Below are positions 24,418 to 37,100 of a DNA stretch of 64,000 bases, piece by piece. The position numbers were made by a program, and so were the translations under genes. The notes beneath the pieces are model-generated. The model made no database searches. It had not been told where the DNA came from and saw nothing but the letters and a program-made list of their open reading frames with translations. The stretch lies in the NCBI GenBank assembly GCA_021613535.1, contig CP075492.1:1364001-1428000 (forward strand). Reading direction: 5' to 3'. Origin of the DNA: Adineta vaga (lineage: Eukaryota > Animalia > Rotifera). Position 1 is the stretch's first letter; each line of letters opens with the position of its first letter.

Positions 24418-24810
24418 GAAAGACTGACACACATGTGGGAAAAAAAGTGTTCTTTGTCATAGATTGCGATGGTCTTTTTTTAATACTAACAATAGAAATA
24501 TGGTACGATGATGACGAATGTGAAAAAACCCATGTATGAATCTCTCCATTGAGTTGTTTTTATTCTTTTCTCGACTGCACATCATCATACGTTGATAAGT
24601 AAGAACTCTTCCCAGTTCTTTGAGGATGAGGCAATCGATTGTGCTTTGTAAGTAATTATTTGAAATAATGCTGAGTTAATTTTGCTGACGCGTTTCATTT
24701 TATTTATTTTAAAATATGAAATACTCTTCAGGACACTCTGTAATTAAGCACAAAAATAAAAGGTAAAACAGACAATTAGATAATAATTAAAAGAATGTTT
24801 AAAATGGATA

Positions 24811-25348
24811 TGAGTGAAGAATCTGTAAAAACACGGTAAAACCTTGGATAGTACCATTTAAAAATTATATTGACAGCGAGCATTTTTGTAGTGGAACTAT
24901 CTTGTCCAACTCATATAAAATCGTAATTGCAGCACATCGTATCTCCAACCCTAATACTTATACACCATACGTCGAAATCCATAGAAAAACAATACTTTTT
25001 CTAGAAGATTAATATATATTACCATATTCATCGAGAGAAGATCACAAAACAAATATCAAACATATTTACTGTGATCTAATATCTCAAATCAATGGATAGA
25101 TAAACTATCGATCCGATTCACCATATAATTATCCGGAGAAAATTGCCTTCTCAATAATAATGAACTGACCCAAAAATTAGCTCATATTCAATTCAATATC
25201 AACCTGAACTTTTCACCAAATAATAATTATTCAGATATAACAACAAATCAATATATTTTATTATTAATCAATGAAACTAAATCAGATATTCTAAACTCTT
25301 CAATTACCGAATTAATGATAAAATAATTCTGTATAAAATGGGTAAAAT
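24811..25348 (+). repeat. Dispersed duplication copy B (paralog of 20301-20930)
   Basis: Colinear similarity to copy A by eye; no intact ORF. Confidence 0.85.
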
Positions 25349-25877
25349 GCAGGTATTCAAACTTTAACAGATATATATGAAACTAGTGCAACAATTTGTT
25401 TTGTCAACAAAATGCATTTGATTATTTAGAAATTGATATAGATCTTTTATTAATCGATCTATTATATTTGATAAAACTCAAAAAGTTACTTACTCAAAAC
25501 CATAAGTAAAATTTATTTTGACTTTAGTGTATTCTATTATTCATACAAATGATGATATGTATTATGTGTAGAGAAACTTAATTATAACGGAAAACTTTTT
25601 TCTTCATATGGTGTTTGAGTTGAGTGCAAAATCATGGGAAAAAATAGAACAGATAACAATCGTTTTCCCATTCGTCTCCCATTGAAAGAAAGAAAGGAAT
25701 TGTCGTCATCATGCCACATACAATCTGATCTTATCAAACATGTTTTGTACTCATCGACACAATAAAAAATAGAAAAAATGTATATGGATCATACGTATAT
25801 ATAAGTGGAGACTATTTCTTTTTCAGTAATTTTTGTCTTTCATTGATTGCTCTTTAAAAATACAAAGTACATAAGCG

Positions 25878-28072
25878 ATGTTATATCTAACGTTAACTTT
25901 ACTTCTCATATTTATTGGTCTCATCATCTATTACTTTGGACTCCGACAACGTTATCAATATTTTCGCTTGCGTGGTATTCCTACACCACGCTTTCAATTC
26001 TTCTACGGTCATTTTAAAACATTGTGGAATGCGGCATCTTATCATCGACAACTTGAAAGTTGGACGAAACAATATGGAAAGATTTACGGAATCTATGAAG
26101 GAAAGCTTCCTAGTTTTGTTGTCAGTAATCCTGATTTCCTTCACGAAGTTTTCATTAAACAATTTTCTGTTTTTAATGCACGAAAGACAACGTTGCTTGA
26201 TAATATAATTCCATGTACTTTTTTTTACAAATGGTGAAGAATGGCATCGTCATCATCATCTGTTTAATCCAACATTTACTGCAGCGAATCTGAAAATGAT
26301 GAGTCCTCTTATCAATGGATGTATCAATGATTTGATGAGAATACTGTTGAATCATGCAGAAAATGGTAAAGAATTCAACATCTATTTGTACTACAAACGA
26401 ATGATATTGGATGTCATCTGTAAGAATACATTATGATTTTTCTCCTTTTTTTTCTCCTATAAGCACAGCTTCAACATTGTAGTATCAGCGGCTTACGCAG
26501 GGAACCGAGCCTTAGAATTTTGCTAATGAATTTGATTTTACGATATAAAAGAATATTGATTTTATACTTTAAAATCAGATCATTGAGACAAATTATTTGT
26601 AATATTCTTTAGGTCGCTGTGCATTTGGACTTGAAACCGGCTTACAAAATGATCCAAACAATATATATTTAAAAAAAATCAACGAACTTTTTGAAGAAAA
26701 TTTGTACACAGATAATTTTGTTGCTCGACTTGCTCTACTAGTACCAGAGTTCGGAAATGTTCTCAGTCGAGCCTTTTCTATCGTTAGCTATGTGATAACA
26801 TTTCTCAACACAAAGTTTTTACCTTTAATATCAGACAAACAATTGGTTGAGCTGCCGATAATGTGGCTTACCAATCGAATACACACTATTGTCGATCAAC
26901 GTTTGGAAACGCCCACTTCACAAATTGATGTTCTGCAACTTATGTTACAAGTGCTTGTCAAAAAAGTAAGTAATTATAAATATTAATCGGACTCAGTACA
27001 AACAACAGAAAAGTATATAACAGATTTGATCAATTCGCCCATTTTCTTGAGGGTGTATTACGATGCCGGTAGTAGTCTATTTAGAAACGTATTTATCTAT
27101 AGAATGCCATTCCAGACGCCAGTAAAACAAATAAATGGCTAACTCAAGATGAAGTTATTAGAAATATTATTAACTTTATGACGGCAGGTTATAAAACGAC
27201 AGCAGCTGCCTTAGCTCATACTACGTATGAACTTGCCAGACATCCAGATATTCTTCAGAAACTTCAGACTGAAGTTGACGAACTTCAATTGAACAATAAT
27301 AATGATGATGGTAATGATGAAGAAACGAAAAAATATGCTCACTATAACACTGTTGCAAGTTGCCTTACATGGACATGGTCATTACCGAAGTGTTGAGAAT
27401 GTATCCTATTGCGAATATTGCAGTTCAACGACGTGCCACTAATGATACAGTTGTACAAGTAATCAATATTGAGAAAGGTAAATAAATCTTTTTTTCTATC
27501 ATTAGTACATCCATGTGACATATACAAGAATGTGCGAAATGTTACATCTGAAATTTTGCTTTTTAATTGAATATAAATTTTAAGCTTGACATGTATGCAT
27601 ACATTGTGAGCATAGGAAATTAATTAGCAAACTTTAGAATCGAAGGTTTTATCAATTTATGTTTTGTTAAATATTTAGATGATATAGTTCGCTTATTTCA
27701 TTTTTGGTTATCAAAAGAGTTCAACAAATCAGTCATTTCTTTTATCCATTTACAGGTACTATAGTACATGCTGATGTTTATTCGATTCATTATGATTATG
27801 AACTTTGGGGTCCGGATGATCCATACACCTTTGTTCCAGAGCGTCATCAAACAAAGCGTCATTCAATGGCATATTTACCATTTGGAGCAGGTCCACGCAT
27901 TTGTATAGGCATGCGTTTTGCATTGATCGAAATGAAGATGCTATTGGTGAGATTACTTCGTGAATATGACATTCTGCCTGGTGATCATCTTGAAAGTAAA
28001 TTTAACATCAGTGAAAAAACAACCATTACACCAGGAGAAGTTTGGATCAAGCTGGTAAAAAGAAACACTTAA
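25878..28072 (+). pseudogene. Cytochrome P450, clan 3-like; exons about 25878-26419, 26613-26965, 27103-27477, 27756-28072; two frameshifts
   Basis: N-terminal anchor and GIPTP, DVICRCAFG across intron 1, I-helix AGYKTT (E>K), EVLR, PERH, heme motif PFGAGPRICIG. Frameshifts near 26220 (T run) and 27358. Confidence 0.88.
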
Positions 28073-28189
28073 GAAAGACCACAGACTATTACGTAGTATA
28101 TTTTTTCAATATTCAGTCTCATGTCTCTTTCTATATTTATTAGCGTTATCAAAAAATAAATTGTTATTTTTACTTTTTAAAAAAATTAT

Positions 28190-28231
28190 CTTGAGTGTGT
28201 GAGGGTATTGATCTTATATACGCCCACATCT
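28190..28231. repeat. Telomere-like palindrome (degenerate)
   Basis: cttgagtgtgtgagggt...cgcccacatct. Confidence 0.5.
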
Positions 28232-28623
28232 AAATATAAAAAAGAACAACAAAAAGAATTCACTATTGTTTGATAAAACGTTGACGTCAATGAATAAAGC
28301 TGCATTGATTCAATGGAAATTATCGAAATAATAATGAAAATCAGAAAAAGAACAATATTAACTTTTTTATTCATCATTAGAAATGAAGAAACAAATTGAT
28401 AATATAAAACCTCTGATAGAATTTCTATTCAGTAAGTTTTCTTCTAATTAATGAGGATTTAAATATAAACAAATATATCCATAGTTTGGATAACAAGAGT
28501 AAATGTAAGTAAAAGTTGTAATACATTGATTATCCATGTCGATACTATGAGATTTTTAGCAGCTAACACTATGTAAATCGCTCCCCATCCAACAATAAAT
28601 ACAATAAAGAAGAATACTCTATA

Positions 28624-28687
28624 CTTGAGGGTGTAGGTGTGCGTCTGCTCGCCTTTACTTGTAACCTCACACACACACACTCTCAAG
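28624..28687. repeat. Telomere-like palindrome with both termini intact
   Basis: cttgagggtgtaggtgtg...cacacacacacactctcaag. Confidence 0.8.
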
Positions 28688-29197
28688 ATTATAGAAGTCT
28701 GTTGATTTTCAAGTAATTTTTGGTTAGAAATGAGTTTGTTCACTTTTGAATAAATGAGTAAAAGAAGCAGAAAAAACAACGCATGTCTGATTGCAGCACA
28801 TGTAAAAAGTGATCGATGAGAAAAGAATATATTTATCGCGTTATGACATCATCAAATACTTTTTACCGTATCATTAATATAAACAGTTACCTTGTAAAAA
28901 CAACCACACAGAAGCATATACAAATCAATGAAGTATGACTAAATATACGATGTATTAGTGCGTTTTGTTATAAAATAACAACGATTACATGCTGATTATC
29001 TTTTCGATTATTTTGTTGAATATTTTTTAGATAGAATACAATTGTTATATTTTCCACTAGATAGAAATATTTTACGAAATCAGGTAAATTGATTGTTAAC
29101 TATAAGAATGATGACTGTATAACGTTTTTGAAGCGAAGAGATTTCGATATTCTATGAAGTATTGACTTCTTTTGAAAAGAACTATGTTTTGATTTAG

Positions 29198-30111
29198 ATG
29201 GAATCTTCTTCGACAAGTTTGCAAGTTTCATTACCACCCGATACTAAACCATTGCAACATCAAGTTGCTGGACATGTCTTCGGGAAATCAAAGACAAAAT
29301 GCGGTCTACTACAACGATGTTCGACTGGTGATTTGCTTAAGCCAATTACTGATGAACGAGGTACACGTGAAGAACGATTTTATAAAGAAGTATTTTCCGA
29401 GCAAGCACCGAATAGTTTGCGGGCACTTCGACCATTTATTAGCACTCTCTTAGGAACATATCAATACGATAAAATAAACTATATAATTTTAGAAAATGTT
29501 ATTCATCCATTTGTGCATCCATGTGTTGCTGATGTTAAAATTGGTCGAATCACTTATGAGCCGGAGCCAGCATTGAAAAAATCAAAAGTCATCGCGAAAG
29601 ATTCCCTCCACTGGAAGATATTGGCTTTCAACTTCTTGGTTGGCAAGTTTATCGGCCTGCGGACAATTCTTATGAATATCACGATAAAGTATGTGGACGG
29701 TCATTAACCAAAGAAGAAATTCTTCATGCTATGGCTCATTTCTTTGATGCTCCTCAAGGGAACTATCGTGAAATCGTACGATCAGTACTCAAACAGCTGA
29801 CTGATATGGAACAGGTTATGTGCAAACAATATGGACTAACTTTTGTTGCAACATCACTGTTAATTGTTTATGAAGGTCAACAAAGTGAACAGAACAGGCA
29901 GCAACAACAACACCAACAGAGAAAAGTCGATGTTCGTCTAGTCGATTTTGCACATACGTCCAAGAACGAAGGAGGTGTACAGGCAGATCAAATAGATGAC
30001 AATTTTCTTTTTGGTTTGCATCATTACATGGGTCATCTACGAAGATTACTCGACGATGCATATCAATATGTGCCTATCGATAAACTAAATCAGTCTGTAC
30101 ACACTGAATGA
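29198..30111 (+). pseudogene. IPMK: Inositol polyphosphate multikinase (IPK family), one frameshift near 29562
   Basis: HQVAGH, PCVADVKIG (PxxxDxKxG), TSLL, VRLVDFAH. Restoring one base gives ASIEKIKSHRERFPPLEDIGFQLLGWQV joining the two ORFs. Confidence 0.8.
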
Positions 30112-30208
30112 AATTCGTATTATCTCAAACAGAAACTTTTATACTGTCTTTTAAGTCATTATTTTTAATCGATAATAATTATATTATGTGATACTACCAA
30201 TCACTAAA

Positions 30209-30272
30209 TCGAGGGTGTGGGTGTGATTGTGATTATATCTCTTGTCTTCAGTCACACTCACACACCCTCAAG
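30209..30272. repeat. Telomere-like palindrome (weaker copy at 30323-30375)
   Basis: tcgagggtgtgggtgtga...tcacactcacacaccctcaag. Confidence 0.8.
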
Positions 30273-30504
30273 AATGTCAACGAAAACTGATGCGATAAAA
30301 CGAACGACGATGATTAGATCATCTTCAGGATGGTGAGAGTATGGGTTTACATCTTATTCTTACCCACCCACACCCGATCTATACATAGCTGCTGATTTTT
30401 AGTGACAAGTGTTAGAAGTGTGTATAAGCATTTAAGAATAAATTATTACCGAATCTAACATTTACCAAGCTATGTCGAATGAAAATCGCCCCAATACATT
30501 ATTA

Positions 30505-31160
30505 AAGGCTTGTATTTATTTGAGCAATAAAAATATTGGAATGAGCAATAATTAAAACATGATTTAGCAGTAACTTTCGAGCAATAAGAAAACATTTTTT
30601 GAGCAATTTTATAATATTAAATGAATAATAAATAGTTTAATACATAACAGTATTAATTTCACATTTAAGCAACAGTAAAAAGAAAAAACTACATTATTTT
30701 TCTTTACAATTTGCAAGAAACAAAAAGAAAAATGGAATTTATATAACTGATTATTGAATCAATAAATCTTTTTTTGCTTTCGATATGGTCTACCTCTTTT
30801 TCTTTTTGTACCAATTTCTACGTTTTTTTTCTAGGGTGTGGGTGTGGGTGTGGGTGTCTTTGTTATATTCAGACCCACCCTTACCCTCACACCCACACCT
30901 ACATCCTCATCCTCAATATTACTTGAAGGTTGAATTTCCATGTCATTTTCAGAATCAGAAATATAGTTTGCTACACGTTTCGATTGAACCATTTGTATTA
31001 AATGAACGGATTATTATTTCTCCTTTTATACGCATATTGTTTTATTTTAAATAATTATTGCTCAATTCATCTACTTATCCCTCATTCAGTATGTATATTG
31101 TTCATTCATTATGTATATTGCTCATTCAATATATTTATTGCTTAATTAAATATAACTCAT
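30505..31160. mobile_element. Degenerate foldback/MITE-like element
   Basis: Repeated GAGCAAT(A) motifs at 30520-30610 are mirrored by TATTGCT(C) motifs at 31055-31145. Confidence 0.45.
30832..30916. repeat. Telomere-like palindrome nested in the foldback element
   Basis: agggtgtgggtgtgggtgtgggtgt (TGTGGG x3)...ccctcacacccacacctacatcctcatcctcaa. Confidence 0.8.
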
Positions 31161-31169
31161 TATTAAACT

Positions 31170-31660
31170 ACAGTTTTTCTTCTAAAAAGGTGCGTACTGA
31201 TACTGAAAATTTAACATCAAATTCAAATACATCTGCAACTACTATAATTACAACTACAACAGCTAATAATGATTCACGTTTATTTTTATTCAGTAATCCA
31301 GAAGATTTAGATCAGATGATTGATGAAGATAATTTTGGCATCGAAAGTAATGAATTGAAAATGACTAATTCTCGATCCGACACTAATAAACATGACATTG
31401 GTTATTATTTAATTAAATAAATTGTCAATTGATGATCATTTGAAATATTCTTTATTATCGAATCATTTAAAATTCGATAGAAAATATCCATTTCCAACGT
31501 TGTATTCGGCTGACCATCAATATTCTCGTTGATTTCAGATCGATTGGCTAAATGATAATGCATTTCTTGTTTATTCACCGTATATTGAAGGTGGTTATTG
31601 CATAAATTGTGTATTGTTTCGTAATGTTCAAGGACAAAAGTTAGAATTATTTGAATAGGA
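31170..31660 (+). pseudogene. N-terminal fragment of hAT-type (ZMYM1/PRKRIR-like, TTF zinc finger) transposase
   Basis: HDIGYY...KYPFP...DWLNDNAFLVYSPYIEGGYCINCVLF read across stops and frameshifts. Confidence 0.55.
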
Positions 31661-31802
31661 GGGAGAAGGCGCACGTGCTGTGAATAATCTTTGTGTTTCT
31701 ATTGTTGAAAGATAAATTGACTAATAGAAATTATTTCTGATATAATATGAAGATTGAAACTGGAAAAGTCCAACAAACGTATATTCATTTACGAGTGAAG
31801 TC

Positions 31803-31910
31803 CCAAAGGGAAAAAAGCGGATTCTCATGGTTTCTTGAGATCATCAGAGATCCTGACATATGAAAAAACTCGTTTTTTCCTCTTTCTGAGGATCCGCCTT
31901 TTCCCTCTTG
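31803..31910. mobile_element. Miniature TIR element (about 108 bp)
   Basis: caaagggaaaaaagcggat ... atccgccttttccctcttg imperfect terminal inverted repeats. Confidence 0.55.
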
Positions 31911-31988
31911 TGAAATCCTATAACAGGGACACGAATTCTATTAGAATAACGAAAAACAGAACCTTATGGGCAAGTATTATCTTTGTTA

Positions 31989-32340
31989 GTGTACTAAAAA
32001 AATGAGTACACTACTAGAATCGGTCAGTATGTCTGTCCATCCGTTTACGCGATGACTTTAGAAAGAAGAGATCGATCGTTGTGAAATTCTTTGCGCAGTT
32101 CAGTCTCATCAATATTTCGGTCGAGTTCAAAGATGAGAATGATCTGTCAAGAAATGACTGAGTTATCGAAAAAATTCTCATTATTGAGCAGACCATCTCT
32201 GAGAAAGGATAAAGATGTATTTTACAAAAAAAAATTTTCTTTCTGAGATTATCGAAAACATATAGATCGAGTCACTTTTTAATGTTGGTTCTAAATCTGA
32301 TATCAGTTTTGGACCAAATCTTAGTTTTCTATCAAAACGT
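31989..32340 (+). mobile_element. Helentron-associated (DINE-1/HINE-like) element, second and longer copy; 3' end uncertain
   Basis: gtgtact..agtacactactagaatcggtcagt, gtctgtccatccgtttac and tctcatcaatat..gtcgagtt are shared with the 23277 copy. Confidence 0.6.
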
Positions 32341-34117
32341 TATCTGAAACAAGCCTCAAAATGCGCACAAACTGCATTCCCGAACCCAAATTGCCTAGAT
32401 TTGTCTGAGATGATCAGCAGTTTTATGATTTCCCAGATGCCTGGCTTTGTACCTAGTCAAGAAGACTATCAAATGGTAAAAGCTCAATCTCCATAGTTAT
32501 TCACATCGCTGAGCTATTACGCAAATACTAATGTTTGTATGTATCATATACCTCTTATAGATTTATAAAGTTGTTTACGACTGTAATTCTGATGGAGACA
32601 AACGCAAAAATTCATTGAAAAAAAAGTCATCGAAAAGATTTCTGATGATAATTTTTGAACAAAAAGAACTATTTTAATCTGTTATAGAATTGAAGAAATA
32701 GTATATTATATATATATATATATATATCCATGAACTATAAGAAACAAAAAGAAAAAAGAAACATCTTTTAATTTTGTTCTTAACCATTGATCATCCTTCG
32801 GAAAAACAAAACGCTTTGGAAACGAGAAAAATCGTACGTTTTTTTTTCATCATTCGCAACTATAGTTTGCGCTTTGTTTTAGTTATTTTTTCTGTTTCTT
32901 AACTATATTATTTAGTTGGGAAATGTCTATTCACATGCCTGTTTTATAATAAGAATATTGTTACATTTCTCTCTTATGTTTTCTTTTTCTTATCAAAGAA
33001 TCATTGAATACAACTAGTTACATGAATCTAATTGTTTTCATTAAGAGATCATTTCATAACTGACATCATATCATGAATATTCTAATAAAGTGATACTATT
33101 GATACACTTTCTATTTCATATTCATAGATAGGATCTAAAGTATAGATGAAAATTTTCAATAAACAAAATCAACAAAAAAGTTCAATCTTAACAACGCTAA
33201 ACTTTTGCTAATTTAGATCTGAAAAAACATCCTATTCCGCGATATTCAACATTGCTGAATCATAGTTCTTACGAAATGTCAGAATTCCATCATACTATTT
33301 CATAAACGAGAAACATTAGATCGTAAAAAAATATATTAATAAAAGAAAAGTTTATTTTAAATAAAAACAAGTATTGAGTGATTGTTATAATATTTAAGAT
33401 AAGCATATAACTTCTTTCAAATGAATGCTTTCTTAACAGTATCTATAGAGACAAGTGTTCTTTTAATACAACATGCAAATATAGAATATTTATCTACTTG
33501 ACATATACTTAATCAATTTTTTTCAACAAGAAAATTTTACTTAAAATTGTTTTTTACGGACATTTCTATATCGAAGAAGTTCTTTAGTCGCGTAAAGTAA
33601 TTATAATTTTCATAAGTAAAATATGTTTTTAGTTAGAATTTCTTATCTGATAATAATTAGTTATGTAGACGAAAATATCCCAATCTAATGTTTAAGAATA
33701 ATTGAAAGAGATAATTTCGAGAAAAGAAAAATTCTTGTATATGAATTTCATCGATTTATTACGTAGACATTAGACAAATTGTGAGAAACTAATCGAATTA
33801 AATGATCGAATATGTTATTCGAATTTTATTTCTGTTTATCTAATATCATTTATTCATATAGAAAATGAAGTTGTTTGATAGTTCGATACATCTATGAAAA
33901 CGTTTTTAGAAGATTCGACAAAATTACTTTCTTTTCCTTACGATGTATAAACTTGAAGTTTTAGAAATTTAAACTTATATCAATTTGAGGAACAAAGCAT
34001 ATTAGATATCTTAAATCGTGAATTTTTATGAATAATACTCGGAAGAAAACATTGTTCCTATTGTCAACTATTGATTATTGAAATTGTATAGATGATCGTT
34101 TCTTTGACTTATATATT

Positions 34118-37100
34118 ATGATCAATTTAACACGTTTATTTTATTGGTTTTATAATCACATATACGATTATAATCTCTTTGCATCCGAAACATCTGATAA
34201 TGAGATTAATAACAATAGATTTGAAGAATTTGAAGCTATTATTAAACGTCAAAAATATACAACTTGGATATATGTTTTATTTGTTTTTGGTAAGTAATAT
34301 GATAGATTTTGTATAAATATATGTTCATGAATGACTTATAAATTGTGCTCAATGAATAATCGATAATATATTTACAATTTAGTTTAGAAGAAGAAATATA
34401 ATATGAGGAGAAATTCTTATTAAAATTAATGATTAAATTATACTTCAGAATATAATTTAATACTCTTTTACGAGTACCAAAAACTACATTAAATATTTTG
34501 AAGAAATTATTTTATTTTAGTAACTCTCGATGTTATTTTCTATATTACCTTATTACGATCACAAAACAGAACGATTACCATTTTGGAAATTACTCGTATT
34601 AAATTTGAAGAACTTCGACAACAACATGGTGAACGTCTTTCTTGTAGATGTTTGAAAACTAATATACCTTATAAAAATTTCGTTTCAATTACTCCAATAT
34701 TTCATCCAATATGTTCAAGTTTCTTTATCAATCAATTGTGGATAAATGAACTTTATATAACATATGATCCAGATATAGATGTAGATGATTTTAGACAATC
34801 TGCTAGTGCTCAAGTATAAGTATTCATATAATTGACTTTTGAGATGAAAGAACAGTATATTTTTATTTTATTTAGTTCAAAATTTTGGCTAATCTTTGTT
34901 CTCTTTCCAAAGACAAAATCTTTCAAGACAAAGTTGATTTCGATAATGAAAACTTTGCCAATATTGAACTTCTTTCTAAAAATCAACTTCAATCAAAAGT
35001 AGAGTCGATTTTTGAAAATATGAAGAACAGTTCAAGTATTGAAATCATTTCATTTATCAATTATTTCAAAACTATAACTCAAGCAAATCGTTTCATTTCG
35101 GCTCTTCGTACAAATGCAGTGATTTCTTATTTTGAAAATAGAAACAATTATTTAACTTTCACATATCGATGGTTATCTACTAAATCATACACCTCTTCTA
35201 TTTCTCGTGATAAGTATGATTCTAATGATCTAATGAACTGTGACAATGAAAATGAAATTACACAAGCTATTATAACATATTTACATGAATGGCGATCTAC
35301 GGTAAAAATTTCTTTATGAAGTTATTTATAAATTCCATATATATATATATATATATCTGTAAAGAATTTTATTTCTCATTTATAGAAAATCTCAATTCCT
35401 GGATTTTTCGTTGGTTGTTTACCATTTGATTCAATTCTTTCAAGTACATTTGATTGTTTATACAATATCACTTGTCTTAAAATACTTATGAATTTCTTTC
35501 CAAATCTTACGAAAGTATATATTATTGTATTCAATTTCTCTTTTCTATAGATATATTTGTTTATTTAGATTGATTCAAATTTGACCAATCATGTTTTGAC
35601 AGAAAATCAAACAAATTTTTCAGTTTATGAATATTTACAAACTCTCTTTGTTGATCAATGGTTAATCGATATAAATTATTCAATTTATTTTCAGAAATGT
35701 TCACCATTATCTTGTACATATACAATAAGAGAGAAAACAAATTTTCTCGGTGCACTTACTCTTCTAATTAGTCTCTATGGTGGTCTTATTATTATATTTC
35801 GATTATTTACACCATTTCTTATTGTTATCATCTGGAAACTAAAAGATTCATCAAACAATATTCAAATGAATTTTTGTATTTATTGAATATGATTTTTAAA
35901 AAAGAAGACTATGTAAATCTATTTATTTTAGTGAACATTATTCGATGGATAAAACAAATGAACTTATTTAAGAAAAAAAATGATCAATCAGAGAACAGTA
36001 TCAAAGAACAGATCTTGATAACACGTATATATTTATTATTATTAATTGGTATGTTTGAAAATATGTCCTTTTCTACAATAGTGAACATTATGAAATTAAT
36101 TTAGTTCTAATAATTAGTCGCGATCAAATTTTTAGACAATGTTTCAATTTTGAACATATCTTTTAACTAAATTACGACGAGAGAAAGAGAATAAAATTTT
36201 TCTATGCTATAACTTCAAAAAAACTAATTCAAAATGATATTCTTCGTATTATTAGGTTCATTTATCACAATCATTTTGATAGCTTCTCTCAGTACTCAAC
36301 AACTTACAATGTCTATATCAAATCCATCTATGGATACATACAATCATTTACATAGTTTGTATTCTGATACAATCAAATGTCCTTGTACTACCATGTCAAT
36401 TGCCTATAAAAGATTTGTCGAATTATCTTCTATTTTTCATCAAATTTGTTCAAGTAATTTCATTAGTGACACATGGTTATCAATTTTAAAGTATTCTCAA
36501 ATGGAAATTATTCCTCCAGATTGGGGTAATCATGCTTTTTCACAGTTTCAACTACTCTCCGATCTGTATCGATTAGCTAATAAAACAGTTAATGATACTG
36601 TGAATCGTTTTCTTTTAGAATTTTTCATTACTTCAAATGTTATACATGAAAGTGATTTCAATCAACGATTAAACATCACAATTGATCAACTTCTTCGTTC
36701 ATTAACTATACTATTTTCTCAATTCGTTGAATCATCACATTTGTTTGTGCAAATCGATCAACCTTTTAATCAGATTGGATCAACAAGTTCTACATCTTTG
36801 TCAAATCTCATATCGACATATACAGTTATTCATAATGATGATTTTTATTTCGAAAAATATCAGGTATGATTTTTCTTGTTCTCACTTCCTGTCGAATATG
36901 ATGCATCTCTTTTTTATTTTATCTAGGTAAAATTCGTTCTGATTGGACCTTATGATGATAATACAAATTCTATTACATGTATTTGTGCTTTGAATCCTGA
37001 TTGTCAATATCCTTTTTCTCTTTTCAAAATCGACTATATGGAAATTTATTATTTTTCCAATTATACTATGAACTATACAATTGAAGGTATGAATAGAGGT

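Noticed and set aside
28186-28377. Signal-peptide-like ORF (MMNKKVNIVLFLIFIIISII...)
   Set aside because: No downstream exon can be found before it runs into a palindrome and the P450 3' end; at most a gene fragment.
30785-31054. Short ORFs with VWVWV/HPHPH or THTHT runs (also 6052-6243, 20941-21129 start, 59673-59861)
   Set aside because: They are translations of the telomere-like palindromes, not proteins.
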